From the NCBI GenBank assembly GCA_964016885.1, contig OZ024741.1:175212001-175276000 (forward strand): a stretch of 64,000 bases of DNA, read 5' to 3'. Made by a program: the position numbers and the translations under genes. The DNA comes from Eledone cirrhosa (Eukaryota). Below are positions 13,171 to 26,402 of the stretch, piece by piece (position 1 is the first letter of the stretch; each line of letters opens with the position of its first letter). The notes below the pieces were generated by a model. That model ran no database searches, had not been told where the DNA came from, and was given only the letters and a program-made list of their open reading frames with translations.

Positions 13171-13868
13171 CAGAATTGAGAGTGACATTCTTCTGTTCCA
13201 GAATCCGTTTGATTGTAATCTTGATGATGTGCTAGTTGAACTACAGTTGGAGCTCATTGATTTGCAAGCAAATGACTTGTTGAAAGAGAAGCACAGAGAA
13301 GGAAAACTTGTTGAATTTTACCGCTTCTTACATGACGTTGAGTTTCCGAATTGAAGAAATTTGCGCCGCTGGTATGGCATCATTGTTTGGAACAACTTAT
13401 GTCTGTGAGCAAACATTTTCAAAAATGAAGTATGTGAAGTCAACACATCGAACGAGATTGACTGATGAACATTTGAAAGCAATTCTCTTGATTGGATACA
13501 GCAATTCCAAACCAAACATTGATGATATCTTGAAAGCCAAACGTCAGTTTCACAAATCTCACTAACCTTTTTTGCTGCTTAGTTTGTAAGATTAGGATAT
13601 GTGCACACTAGGTCTGATGTAACTATATTTTTGCTAACGTTGCCTTCTTTGATAACTTTTTAGTAAATAAATATGTTGGTTGTTTTAGTTTTTTGTGCAT
13701 TGCACGCCACTCACCCATGATTAGCATGGAATGCTAAACGTAGTGTTTCGTCTTTTTTCCCAGAGCTTTCGTTCTGGTTTGCAAGTATTGAACAGAATGA
13801 TTATGCGGCCCGCGCTCGTCATTCTTTCAGTTATCCGGCCCACTGTGAAAAAAGTTTGGTGACCCCTG
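13171..13868 (+). mobile_element. hAT (Charlie/GTF2IRD2-like) transposon 3' fragment with terminal inverted repeat
   Basis: FGTTYVCEQTFSKMKYVKS..RTRLTD dimerisation domain (13308-13565). Ends AAAAGTTTGGTGACCCCTG, the reverse complement of CAGGGGTCACCAAACTTTT. Confidence 0.85.
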
Positions 13869-14310
13869 ATCCTATACATCAGATTCTGGCATGCAATGGG
13901 TCGGTAGTTTTTTGCCAAGTGGGTGTCTTTGTTCTTGGGGATGTTTGTGCTAATGTCAATCATTCTGGTATAAGTGTATCTCCCTTAAGAACTTGTTGGT
14001 AGATGTCAGTAAGATACCTCTAATAGAATATCAGTTTTTTGTACCAGTAGCCGACAATCATGTCTCTTCCTGGTGTTTTCTAATCTTGGAGTTTTCCTAT
14101 CACAGTCTCAAAGGTACCCTCACTTATTTCGTATGTTTTTGTTGTAGTGTAGGAGCAATAGTTCTTTCGGATTTCTCTTAGCCACACTGCATCTTGGTTG
14201 AAATTCTTCTTTTCACACCATATTTTGCTCCAAAAGGAATCTATGTCTTTCTGGGATGGGGCCTCAGTGACACTTATTATTTTGTTCTTCATATCTCTAT
14301 AGGTTGATGT
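13869..14310 (-). mobile_element. Upstream part of the same R4/Dong-like element (pre-RT and start of RT)
   Basis: FWSKIW...W and KNYRPIACQNLMY motifs, frameshifted. Confidence 0.75.
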
Positions 14311-14333
14311 TTTTATAGATAAAGCGCTTATAT

Positions 14334-17300
14334 ACATTAACGGTATCATAGTAAAAGCAGACAAAACATCAAACGTATATTCTATGGACCTTAACACATA
14401 CAATAATTTTATCCAGCGTGAACTACATAAAACATACAAAAAACAAATGAATCTACACTCATCAGCATTAACGTGGAGGGCCTCAGGATAGTAAATAAAC
14501 TCGGAATTCCCGATAGGACCGAACCTCTAACCCCATGCAACCCCACATTTAACCTGAAGGACCACAAAAATAATTTTGAAACAAACCCTACTATTAGATT
14601 AATATGCCCATCTAAGTCAGACATAGGCAAAATTAGCAAGAACATTCTAGATAGGGTAATCGCACAAATAAAGGTAAACTAGAAATCAATTTATGGGGTA
14701 ACACTAACGAGGCGATTGAATAGTTCAATAAAATACAAAATAGGGAGACGTGTAACTTCATTCAATTTGACATAGACGACTACTATGCATCCATATCCCC
14801 AGCTACCCTAGATAAAGCGCTTATATTTGCCCAAGATAACTCCGATATTACCCCTGGGGGAAATTGAAATAATAATAGCGGCTAGAAGGACTATCATAAA
14901 ATTTGAAAATAGCTACTGGGTAAGAAGAGATAGGATAAACAGCTTCGATATAACAATGGGATCAAATGACTCTGCGCAAATCACTGACATCGTGGGGCTA
15001 TTCATAGCACACAACCTACATAAGGAATTCAGTAACCTCCAAAGAGGGATTTATAGAGACGACACGCTCCTTATAGGTAAGCACTTAAACAACCAGAGCA
15101 TGGAAAGATTAAGAAAAAACATTAGAACATTCTTCAAAAATCTAGGCCTAAGTATTACCTACGAACTGAACCATAAGAAGGTAAACTTTCTAGATGTGAC
15201 TCTAAATCTAAATACGGGATTAATAGAACCTTTCCACAAAAATAATGAAAATCTGGCCTACATTAGTTATAACTCAAATCACCCCAAATACATAATCAGA
15301 TCCGTAGCACGTAGTACATCCCTTAGAATATCCCGCTTATCCTCAAACCTAGAAATCTTTAACGAACATGCTAACTATTATAACGCAGCATTACATAGGG
15401 CCGGACATAAAGATAAACTGCAGTATATAGCGAATAAAGACAACTTAAACAAACCTAATAGCAACTATACCAACCGCTCACACAAAAATAGAGGTAAGTG
15501 GACTAGACATAAGGTTATGTACGTAGCACCTAGAGTGAACGGTCAAAACACTAATAACATAAACCCAAGAAACAATAGAAGAATCAGAGAAAGAAAATAC
15601 CTATGGTTCAACCCAACCTTCAACTCCTCTGTAAAAACCAGACTGCCTTCTATATTCTTTAAACTAATAAACACTTCCCTATTTCACATAGATATCATAA
15701 AATACTCAATAGAAATACTCTCATACTCTACGGCAGCAAATATAGAATCGCACATACGCAAGATCAACCACAGAAATATCTCTAGGGAATCAACCCCACC
15801 TATGCGCAACATAGCACCAAATTATAAGCATAAACACATCACAGTATCACAACCACAAGCACATACAAGCGCGCAGCAGCAAAACCCCAACGGGCATGAA
15901 TCACAACCCACTTATAGCAGTGTACTAAACAGCAGTGTAGAAGCTGCACGAAATAACACCTCAAACTGTAACTGTCACCTACCGGATAGGTGCCCATTGG
16001 CGAATAGATGCCTCGATTCGAGCCTAGTGTACATGTGTACGGTCAACTCAGACAACTACACTTGGCATTACATTGGATCCTCCGCGGGTACTTTTAAAAA
16101 AAGATGTTATGTGCACAGGCACTCGATGAAAAATCGTGCACTTATGGGTTCTACAACCCTCGCCAAAAAAATATGGGAACTGAAGGACAGCAACACTAGC
16201 TACAGTATCAACTGGTCGAGGTTGTCGGCCGCTAAAACCTACAGTACAGGTATGTCCCACTGCGGGCTGTGTGATCTAGAACTACTGTACATCCTTAGAA
16301 ATGTAAAAAGGCTACTTAACAATAAGTTAGAAAGATCTATCTTCTGCAGACACAGGATCTCCACTAAATTCATAAGATTTAAACCTCCGTAAATCGAACC
16401 GACGTAACATAGCTTTCAACTAGGATACCCACTACTCTGCACGAACCACCACAGAAATATAATCATTAAGTACATTCTGTGGTATAGAACTAAGAAGGTT
16501 CTTAGTTCTATACCACACTAATGTCTGTAAGTACCTCATCAACCCATAAACATATCTCTTCTCAGCTGCTGTCAGCACTTGATCCTAAATCCAAGATCAT
16601 TTCAAAATACTACTACAACAGAACTTTACCTTCCTCCTGCTATAATTATAATCAGCATGTTTTCTCTTTATATGTATGTGTGTGTATATATATATATATG
16701 TTTGTGTGCATGTGTGTATATATATATATATATTGCCTCCTTAACCTCTGTATTAACTTACCCATTATTTAGCTTCTTTGTTAGCGTTGTCTTATACATG
16801 TATGTTATTGATGATGAGAAAGCTAGACAGCTATCTCATCTAATATAGACCACACAAATTCCACTACAGTGATAAATCCTTCATCTGTCAGATAAAAACC
16901 GACTATTACGGCCACCTGACCTACATTGTTTAAAAACACCAGCTTATCTTTACACTTGATATAATACACCCTACGACAGTTTTTACATGTCAATTTTATA
17001 CATCTGCCTCATGTCAGCTAGTTTTGCACACTAAAATCGTAGATATACTATACTTCCCACCTAGATTGATGTGATTATTTCAAATAATTTATTGATAGCA
17101 TTGTTGATATTGTTGTTATTGTTCTGACTGAATGCCATTACTATTAAATATAGTAGCCTGTATATTCTTTTCATGCCTGTATATTCTTTTCATTCTCGCA
17201 AGCTCAGATGAACCGACTGGTTATAACTTTGTATTGGCGATCGAGTAACATGAAAATAAGCGGATAGCGATATCTAGACCTACCAGTTCAGAGGCACAAT

Positions 17301-17372
17301 TGTCAGCAATGAGATTAAAAACCTTTTTTGTATAGCAAACCGTGTCACTTTTCTTTCCTGACTTATTTTATA
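14334..17372 (+). mobile_element. Penelope-like element E1 (Nematis-like), 5' truncated, RT + GIY-YIG, with 3' pLTR
   Basis: IVKADKTSNVY, FDIDDYYASI, ITMGSND, YRDD, CNC..CPL..C..LVY..YIGS. Frameshift and stop near 14680-14720. Confidence 0.9.
17202..17307 (+). ncRNA. Degenerate long-stem-II hammerhead (family E1)
   Basis: GCT-CAGATGA-[long hairpin]-GGCA-CAATTG-TC-AGC, with GAAA mutated to GGCA. Confidence 0.45.
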
Positions 17373-17373
17373 A

Positions 17374-19723
17374 GTGTCCCACTCTTACCTCGACTTCACC
17401 TCTTCCCACCCCACACACACTAAACACTCTATCCCCTACTCCCAACTCCTCAGGATCCGCCGCCTCTGTAGCCAAGATGCCGACTTCGAGTCCCAGGCCC
17501 TTTCCCTAGTCAGCCATTTCATCCGCAGAGGTTACCCCTCTCTCTCGTCCACACCGCTCTCACCCGCGCCCGTGCTGTCCACCCCTCCACCACCCTAACC
17601 CCACGCCACCGCACACCCACCCACGTCTCCCCTTCCCCATCACCTACCACCCCTCCACCTTACCCCTTCACCGCACCATCCGCCGCCTCTTCCGACGCCT
17701 CCAGTCCGACCCCTCCACCTCCCACATCTTCCCAGCCCCACCACTCCCCTCCTTCAAAAGCGCACGCAATCTCCGCACCCTCCTCGTCCACAGCTCCCTA
17801 CCCCCCAACCCACGCTCTCCTTCTCCCCCGGTTCCTTTCCACGTTCTAGGCCCCGCTGCAACACCTGTCCCCACATCACCAACACCACCACCTTCCAGGG
17901 TCCCAACGGCCACTCTCTCTCTGTCCGGCATGCCTTACGCTGCACCTCCTCCAACCTAGTCTACGGACTTCGCTGCACGGAGTGCAGCGAGACTTACGCT
18001 GGACGTCGCCTGGCGGACAGATTCACTGAGCACCTTCGGGATATTCGTCTCGGTGGTAGTTCCCCCATCGGCCGCCACTTTGGTGCTCCTGGACATTCCG
18101 CACGCCATCTCACAGTCTGTGGCCAACTCCAATGCCACGGAACACCCACCAATCTCCTCAGAGTTGAACAAAGAACCATCTTCAGCTTACAGACCTACAC
18201 TCCCCCCGGCCTGAACTCCCCACCCTTATTCCTTTAGCCTTCGACCGGCCCCCTCCCCCACACACATCCCCGCTAACACCACTAACACACCCCTCCTTTT
18301 CACCGCCCACCCACAACTAACAATACTAACGCCTCTACTCCACCTCATATCCGACCACCCTTCCCCAACTAACATACTAACATCCTCCCTTCTTCTCCCC
18401 CCTCCTTATCACACGCACACACCCACCGGCACATATATACACGCGCTCACACTAAACACACACTCTAATACCACCACTAACCCTCACCCCCACACATCCA
18501 CCCCACCACCCCGCAACTAACATCACTAACACCCCCTAACCCCACGCACACGTACAGACACACCCTCTTACACCACCAACTCTACACACCCTACCACCAC
18601 TGACCCCCACTCACACCCGCATTCAACCCTTTCTCCACCTCCTGTATACTAACACCCACTAACACCTCCTTCATCAAACTACACACACACCAGTACACCA
18701 CACTCCCTCCATCGACCCCCACACCCTTCTCTCCCGCTCCACCCACACCCACCCTTTTTCAAACACTCACTAATCCCACTAACACCTCTACTAATACACC
18801 CCCCTCCTCACTCCAACTTTCACACCTACCCATCCTCGCCCCTTTACCATTCCACCCTACTGCTGCTATGCCCTCTGACCACCTCCCAGCACACACAGAC
18901 ACCAGCACTCCTACTGCCTTGACCACTTTCTGTTGCGCGCGCACCCCACATCTCCCCTCTTCCGACCAATCTCTTCACGGATTACTCGTATGTGGACCTT
19001 GACCGTGGAATCAACTACCATCCTAGGATTTTACCAACCATTCTACCACATCTTCTTACGGAATCACCTTTACGACTCACCCACACACACACACACCCCC
19101 AACAAATTTTTTTCCCACACGCCACCTACACCCACAACACGCTTAAACACCACACATACACACGTGCGTCCCACCACATATTTACACTTTCAGCCTCCGG
19201 ATTCCTCTCTCCCCACCCCTCTATCCACACACGCACACACACTCCGACCTACACCCCACCACACACACACCTCTTCCTGAACATGCAAACCCGTTCTTCC
19301 CCCAACCCTTGCTTTCACATACACACACACACACACACGTACACCTACACACAAACACCACCTTCAGCCCTCCCCGCTCGGACACCCCGTCTCCCTCTCC
19401 TCACTCCACCGGCCACAACCCCTACACGCCCCTCACCCTTCCACCACCTGTTTTACCCCAGTTTAATTTTATTTTGATCATGCTTTTATTTTTATTTTCA
19501 TTTTTATTTTCATTTCCTCCGTTTCCTCCCACCCCCTTTTTTGCTATATGTCTCTCCACCACTCCTCTACACACCCTTTGAACTCTCTTCCCACACACTT
19601 TTCACCTGAAGAAAGGCTTATGCCCAAAACATCGTTCCCCACCACCACTCACTCTCAAGAGCGTGAAATTAATAAACGTTCGTTGTACTGCCTCTCTGTT
19701 TTGTTCCTATTAAAATTTTCCAT

Positions 19724-19725
<2 letters not shown>
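17374..19725 (+). mobile_element. Penelope-like element (Neptune-like), 5' truncated, thumb + GIY-YIG, C/A-rich 3' UTR
   Basis: SHSYLDFTSSHPTHTKHSIPYSQLLRIRRLCS, CTSSNLVYGLRCTEC..Y.G and RFTEHLRDI. Decayed HHR CTGAAGA...AAAAC at ~19606-19637. Ends in (TA)n. Confidence 0.85.
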
Positions 19726-19755
<30 letters not shown>

Positions 19756-19864
19756 GTAATAATAATAAAATTGAAGACTAAAATCCAGAGAGGGCTCGAT
19801 AAGGAAAATATATATCAAATATATAAGAACCGAAGAGCAAATATTTATTAAAATAACAGATTAA

Positions 19865-19915
19865 AGTTTAAGCAAAGAATCGCTGCTTTCACCCTTAACG
19901 GGATCTTCTGAAACT
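19865..19915 (-). ncRNA. Type I hammerhead ribozyme (family C, U4A)
   Basis: Reverse complement of AGTTT-CAGAAGA-TCCCgttaaGGGT-GAAA-GCA-gcgattctt-TGC-TT-AAACT. Confidence 0.75.
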
Positions 19916-20384
19916 AACAAAGTCAATCTGTAAACGCAGAACTGGATATTTCAAAAAACGTTGCAACCGGAGGAAGACAGGAAGACGATACTTTGGTTCA
20001 TGGTGACGTTCGCTGGCAAAGAACGGGAAAAAACGAATAATACGTCATTAATAGGAGCGGTGAAAGACAATTACGTGCAAGGACAGAACCACGTTTATGG
20101 TATAAAAGAGGTCGTAGACTAATGTTCTCTAAGTGGTGCATAGAGACGTTCTCTGGCAATGAACGAAAAAACGAAGATAATAAGTCATATGTGGAGCGTG
20201 GAGAACAATAGCGTGCAAAGACAAAACCACGTAAATGGTATAGCAGAAGTCGTAGACTAAAATTCTAACTAGGAGACCGAATGAATCTCCGCTACAGAGT
20301 TAAGAACAAAGTAAATAAATAATACAGATTCTTTGCTTAAACTTTAATCTGTTATTTTAATAAATATATATATACATATATATG

Positions 20385-20445
<61 letters not shown>

Positions 20446-20556
20446 ATAATAATAAAATTGAAGACTAAAATCCAGAGAGGGCTCGATAAGGAAAATATAT
20501 ATCAAATATAACGTTTTTTGAAATATCGAGTTCTGCATTTACAGATTGACTTTGTT

Positions 20557-20607
20557 AGTTTCAGAAGATCCCGTTAAGGGTGAAAGCAGCGATTCTTTGC
20601 TTAAACT
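20557..20607 (+). ncRNA. Type I hammerhead ribozyme (family C, U4A)
   Basis: AGTTT/AAACT stem I, CCC/GGG stem II, GCA/TGC stem III, CUU triplet. Confidence 0.78.
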
Positions 20608-20623
20608 TTAATCTGTTATTTTA

Positions 20624-20670
<47 letters not shown>

Positions 20671-20707
20671 ATATAAGATCAAAAGATGGTTAAAGGAGTT
20701 CCATGTA

Positions 20708-20774
20708 TTTTATTATGCGCATTTCAAAAACAAACATCATCATGCAATAATATTTGTGTTTTCATCAGATAAAA
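20708..20774 (-). ncRNA. Type I hammerhead ribozyme (family D)
   Basis: Reverse complement of the 20797-20863 motif. Confidence 0.82.
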
Positions 20775-20796
20775 CAGGTCATATCATGTTCTCCTG

Positions 20797-20863
20797 TTTT
20801 ATCTGATGAAAACACAAATATTATTGCATGATGATGTTTGTTTTTGAAATGCGCATAATAAAA
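20797..20863 (+). ncRNA. Type I hammerhead ribozyme (family D)
   Basis: TTTTAT-CTGATGA-[hairpin]-GAAA-TGCGCA-TA-ATAAAA, canonical core with palindromic stem III. Confidence 0.85.
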
Positions 20864-20998
20864 TACATGGAACTCCTTTAACCATCTTTTGATCTTATAT
20901 TATGTATACTCCAGTCCTACAAACTGTAGAGTGCTTCTTATCCGATATCTGCATTGCTTTATTGTACTACAATAAAACTCACCTCCTACATATATATG

Positions 20999-21103
<105 letters not shown>

Positions 21104-21340
21104 ATATATATATATATACGGATTAACAAATAATAGTTAAATGCAGTCCACTTAGGTGAAGTCCAGTTATGGTATTCCAGGTAGTGGATGATATCAACGC
21201 TTGGCTTGGTTTGACTCAACAAGGCGTTTTCATAGTGATGCTGCAGGTATGCTGTAATTCCTATGTTGTAAACACTTGGAGTAATAATAAATCAGGAAAG
21301 AAGGTTTACATGGTTTGCTATACAAAAAAGTTTTTAATCA

Positions 21341-21453
21341 CATAGCTTACATTTGTTTCACTGAACTGGTATGTCTAGAGATCGCTATCCGCTTAATTTT
21401 GCGTTACTCGATCGCCAATACAGAATTATAACCAGTCAGATCTTCGGAGCATG
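21341..21453 (-). ncRNA. Hammerhead ribozyme with 81-nt stem II (family E, U4C)
   Basis: Reverse complement reads CATGCT-CCGAAGA-[tCTGACTGGT...ACCAGTTCAGt]-GAAA-CAAATG-TA-AGCTATG. Confidence 0.65.
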
Positions 21454-24400
21454 CGAGAATGAAGAAAATACACAGGCAAGAAAAGAAAATACAGGCTACT
21501 ATCTTAAGTAGTAATGGCATTCAATTAGAACAATAACAACAATTACAACAATGCTATCAATAAATTATTTAAGGAGACCCTGACATTACTTAGGTGGGGG
21601 GTTAGGGATGGAAAGCTTACCATTTCGATAAGGGACCGAATACCAACGGAAGGGAATTTTCCAAGGAGAATTACGGGTTTAAATCCTGCAAAAACCCGCC
21701 AAACAACCCCGCACTCGATGCCTTCGAGCTGGACCTTATGAACATGATAAGTGAAACTATATTTAAAAAAAGAACAAATCACAACAAATTGCAAAATGAC
21801 TTAAATACATTACTTAAAAAACTAAAAGACACTAACGGTATCATAGTAAAAGCAGACAAAACATCAAACGTATACTCTATGGACATTAACACATACAATA
21901 ACTTTATTCAGCGTGAACTACATAAAAAATATAAAAAAACAAATGAATCTACACTCACCAGCATTAACATGGAGGGCCTCAAGATAGTTAATAAACTCGG
22001 AATTTCAGATAGAACCGAACCGCTTACCCCGCGCAACCCTACATTTAACCTGAAAAATCACAAAAATAACTTTGAAACTAATCCCACCATTAGATTAATA
22101 TGCCCATCCAAGTCAGACATAGGTAAAATTAGCAAAAACATTCTAGATAGGGTAAGCGCACAAATAAAGGGTAAACTAGAAATCAATTTATGGGGCAACA
22201 CTAACGAGGCAATTAAATGGTTCAATAAAATACAAAATAGGGAGACGTGTAACTTCATACAATTTGATATAGACGACTATTATGCATCCATATCCCCAGC
22301 TACCCTAGATAAGGCGCTTATATTTGCCCAAAATAACTCTGATCTTACCCATGATGAAATTGAAATAATAATAGCGGCTAGAAGGACTATCATAAAATTT
22401 GAAAATAACTACTGGGTAAGAAAGGATAGAATAAATAGCTTCGATATAACAATGGGATCAAATGATTCTGCGCAAATTACAGATATCGTGGGGCTATTCA
22501 TAGCACACAACCTACATAAGGAATTCAGTAACCTCCAAGGAGGAATTTATAGGGACGACACGTTACTTATAGCTAGGAACCTAAACAACCAGAGCATGGA
22601 AAGACTAAGGAAAAATATTAGAATATTCTTCAAAAAACTAGGCCTAAGTATTACCTACGAACTAAACCATAAGAAGGTAAATTTTCTAGATGTAACTCTA
22701 AATCTAAATACTGGATTAATAGAACCTTTCCACAAAAATAATGAAAATCTTGCCTACATTAGTTACAACTCAAATCACCCCAAATCCATAATTAAATCCA
22801 TAGCACGTAGTATATCCCTCCGAATATCCCGCTTATCCTCAAACCTAGAAATCTTTAACGAGCATGCTGACTATTATAATGCAGCATTAAGTAGGGCCGG
22901 TCATAAAGATAAACTACAGTATATAGTGAATAAGGACAACATAAACAATCCTAGTAATTACTACACCAACCGCTCACATAATAATAGGAATAGCTTGACT
23001 AGACATAGGGTTAAACATGTAACACCTGGAGTAAACGGCCAAAACACTAATAACGTAAACCCAAGAAACAATAGAAGAAACAGACAGGAAATGTGGTAAG
23101 GAACCAGATAGACCATAACGCACCAAAGAAAATACCTATGGTTCAACCCAATATTCAACTCCTCTATAAAAACTAGACTGCCCTCTACATTCTTTAAACT
23201 AATAGATAAACACTTCCCTATCTCGCATAGATATCACAAAATACTCAATAGATCTACTATTAAACTCTCATTCTCAACAGCAGCTAACATAGAATCACAC
23301 ATACGCAAGATCAACCACAGAAATATCTCTAGTAAATCAATTGCACCTATACATAAGCACAAACTCATCACAACATCACAACCACAAGCGCATACAAACG
23401 CGCAGCAGCAAAACCCCATTGGGCATATATCACAACCCACTTATAACAGAGTACTAAACAGGAATGTAAAAGCTGCACAAAATAGCGCCTCAAACTGTAA
23501 CTGTCACCTCCCAGATAGGTGCCCATTGGCGAACAGATGTCTCGATTCGAGCCTGGTGTACATGTGCACTAACATCTCGGGTAACTCCACCTGGAATTAC
23601 ATAGGATCCACCGCGGGTTCTTTTAAGAAAAGATGGTATGTGCACAGGCACTCAATGAAAAACCGTGCACTTATGGGTTCCACCACCCTCGCCAGAAAAA
23701 TATGGGAATTGAAGGACAGCAACACTAACTACAGTATCAACTGGTCGAAGTTGTCGGCTGCTAAAACCTATAGTACAGGGATGTCCTATTGCGGGCTGTG
23801 TGATCTTGAGCTATTGTATATCCTTAGAAATGTTAAAAGGCTACTTAATAATAAGTTAGAAAGATCTATCTTCTGCAGACATAGAATAGCCACTAAATTC
23901 ATAAGATTCAAACCTACGTGAATCGAACCAACATAACATAGCTTTAAATTAGGATACATACTACCCACAGAAATATATTCATTAAGTATACTATATCCTT
24001 CACAAGTCTATACCACACAATTGTCTGTAAGTACCTCATCTACCAACAATCTTACTCCTTCTCAGCTGCTGCCATCATTTGATCCTAAATCCTAGTTTTT
24101 CTCATTTCACTACTACAATGTTACTTTACCTTCTTTTTGCCTTAATTACAATTAGCACGCTTTTCTCTTTGCATGTATGTATATTTTTGTACGAGTGTAT
24201 ATTGATGTGTATGTATGTGTCTATGTACACATGCATGTGTATATATGTGTATATATATTTATATATATGTGTGTGTGTGTGTATGTGTATGTGTGTGTGC
24301 GTAAATATATGCGTATATTAATTCGTTAACCTCTGTATTAACTCTACAACTATTTAGCTTTGACAGTGGTCCCACTCATGTATACTGTTGAAGATGAAGA

Positions 24401-24684
24401 GAAAGACTGTAAAAACTAGCTTATCTTTATAATTTAAAATTGAAATACACTACGATACTCTGTACATGTCAACGCTTCATTTTGCCTTATGACAGCTAGT
24501 TTTCACGCCGTAACATTAGATACATTATATACCCCCCACCTAAGTAATGTCAGGGTCTCCTTAAATAATTTATTGATAGCATTGTTGTAATTGTTGTTAT
24601 TGTTCTAATTGAATGCCATTACTACTTAAGATAGTAGCCTGTATTTTCTTTTCTTTTCTTGCCTGTGTATTTTCTTCATTCTCG

Positions 24685-24797
24685 CATGCTCCGAAGATCT
24701 GACTGGTTATAATTCTGCATTGGCGATCGAGTAACGCAAAATTAAGCGGATAGCGATCTCTAGACATACCAGTTCAGTGAAACAAATGTAATCTATG
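24685..24797 (+). ncRNA. Hammerhead ribozyme with 81-nt stem II (family E, U4C), one stem I mismatch
   Basis: CCGAAGA at 24691-24697, GAAA at 24779-24782, GTA at 24788-24790. Confidence 0.6.
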
Positions 24798-24841
24798 TGA
24801 TTAAAAACTTTTTTGTGTAGCAAACCATGTAAACCTTCTTT

Positions 24842-25340
<499 letters not shown>

Positions 25341-25510
25341 ACGAAGGAAATGTGGTAAGGAACCAGATAGACCATAACGCACCAAAGTACTCAATACTTA
25401 GGGTAGTAGAGTGGGTAATAGGAACGAGTAGGACACCGTCGGCTGAGCTAGTCCAGAATTAGCCGTCGAAACGGCTTGAGCTCAGCCGTCGGGGTCCTAC
25501 TCGTTCCTAT
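25341..25510. mobile_element. Fold-back family B pLTR fragment in (TA)n
   Basis: Inverted arm 25341-25449 joined to TAGTCCAGAATTAGCCGTCGAAACGGC...GTCGGGGTCC. Confidence 0.72.
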
Positions 25511-25525
25511 ATATATATATACATA

Positions 25526-25642
<117 letters not shown>

Positions 25643-25653
25643 TATATTATATA

Positions 25654-25689
<36 letters not shown>

Positions 25690-25691
<2 letters not shown>

Positions 25692-26022
25692 GAGAAAAAT
25701 GGCGCGCTGCGTGGTTGCACATGGGTTACATATGAATAAAATTAGTCCTTCATTAGTGATCTTCCAACTTTCATTGGTATTTCATCGCTTTAAAAATCAT
25801 ATAGCTCTAGTTGCGCGAGCAATAACAAATAAAGTTATTCCTATCTTTCCGTTGCCATACCATCGTTGTTTGTTTACAAGCCTCACTCGTTTCACCCTAT
25901 TTTACTTGTCCCAATAACTTTACTTGTTATTGCTCGCGCCAACTAGAGGTATATGATTTTTAAAGCGATGAAATACCAATGAAAGTTGGAAGATCACTGA
26001 TGAAGGACTAATTTTATTCATA
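25690..26022. repeat. Fold-back element in (TA)n
   Basis: 25731-25850 is the reverse complement of 25913-26022. Confidence 0.65.
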
Positions 26023-26357
26023 CACATATATATAATATACATATATATGTATATACATATATATGTATATACATATATATGTATATACATATATATACAT
26101 ATATATATTTATATATATATGTACATATATATATGTATATATATATGTATATATATTGTTATACTTGGGGAGGGTCATATTTGTGTAATATTGCCAGAAT
26201 TAATAACAGAACACACTCACTGTTTGGTTGGTTTTCGCTTTTCGCTTCTGTGTCCTTTATATCGGTAATCTAATTTATTCGGTCCTCAATGTTGCCATTG
26301 ACTGACCAACGGTCAAAAATACAGATACAATATAGACACAAACACATATATATAGTT

Positions 26358-26402
26358 TATCAAAGTTCTTTCGTTGCACACGCAACATCGTCAGTGGTGA
26401 TA
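26358..26402 (-). ncRNA. Minimal hammerhead ribozyme (family F)
   Basis: Reverse complement TATCACCA-CTGACGA-tGTTGCgtgtGCAAC-GAAA-GaaC-TT-TGATA. Confidence 0.7.

Larger units (their letters stand above)
19754..20630. mobile_element. Two fold-back pLTR insertions of family C in (TA)n
   Basis: 19754-20370 and 20441-20630, each an inverted tail joined to a direct piece. Homologues at 46623-47610, 49797-50465 and 54000-54212. Confidence 0.75.
20670..20990. mobile_element. Fold-back solo pLTR family D in (TA)n
   Basis: Palindrome centred near 20785, same sequence as the pLTR of the PLE at 43410-45070. Confidence 0.8.

Noticed and set aside
13308-13565. GTF2IRD2/ZBED-like host gene exon
   Set aside because: Frameshifted, followed by a hAT TIR and nested in a retroelement, so it is a transposon fragment.
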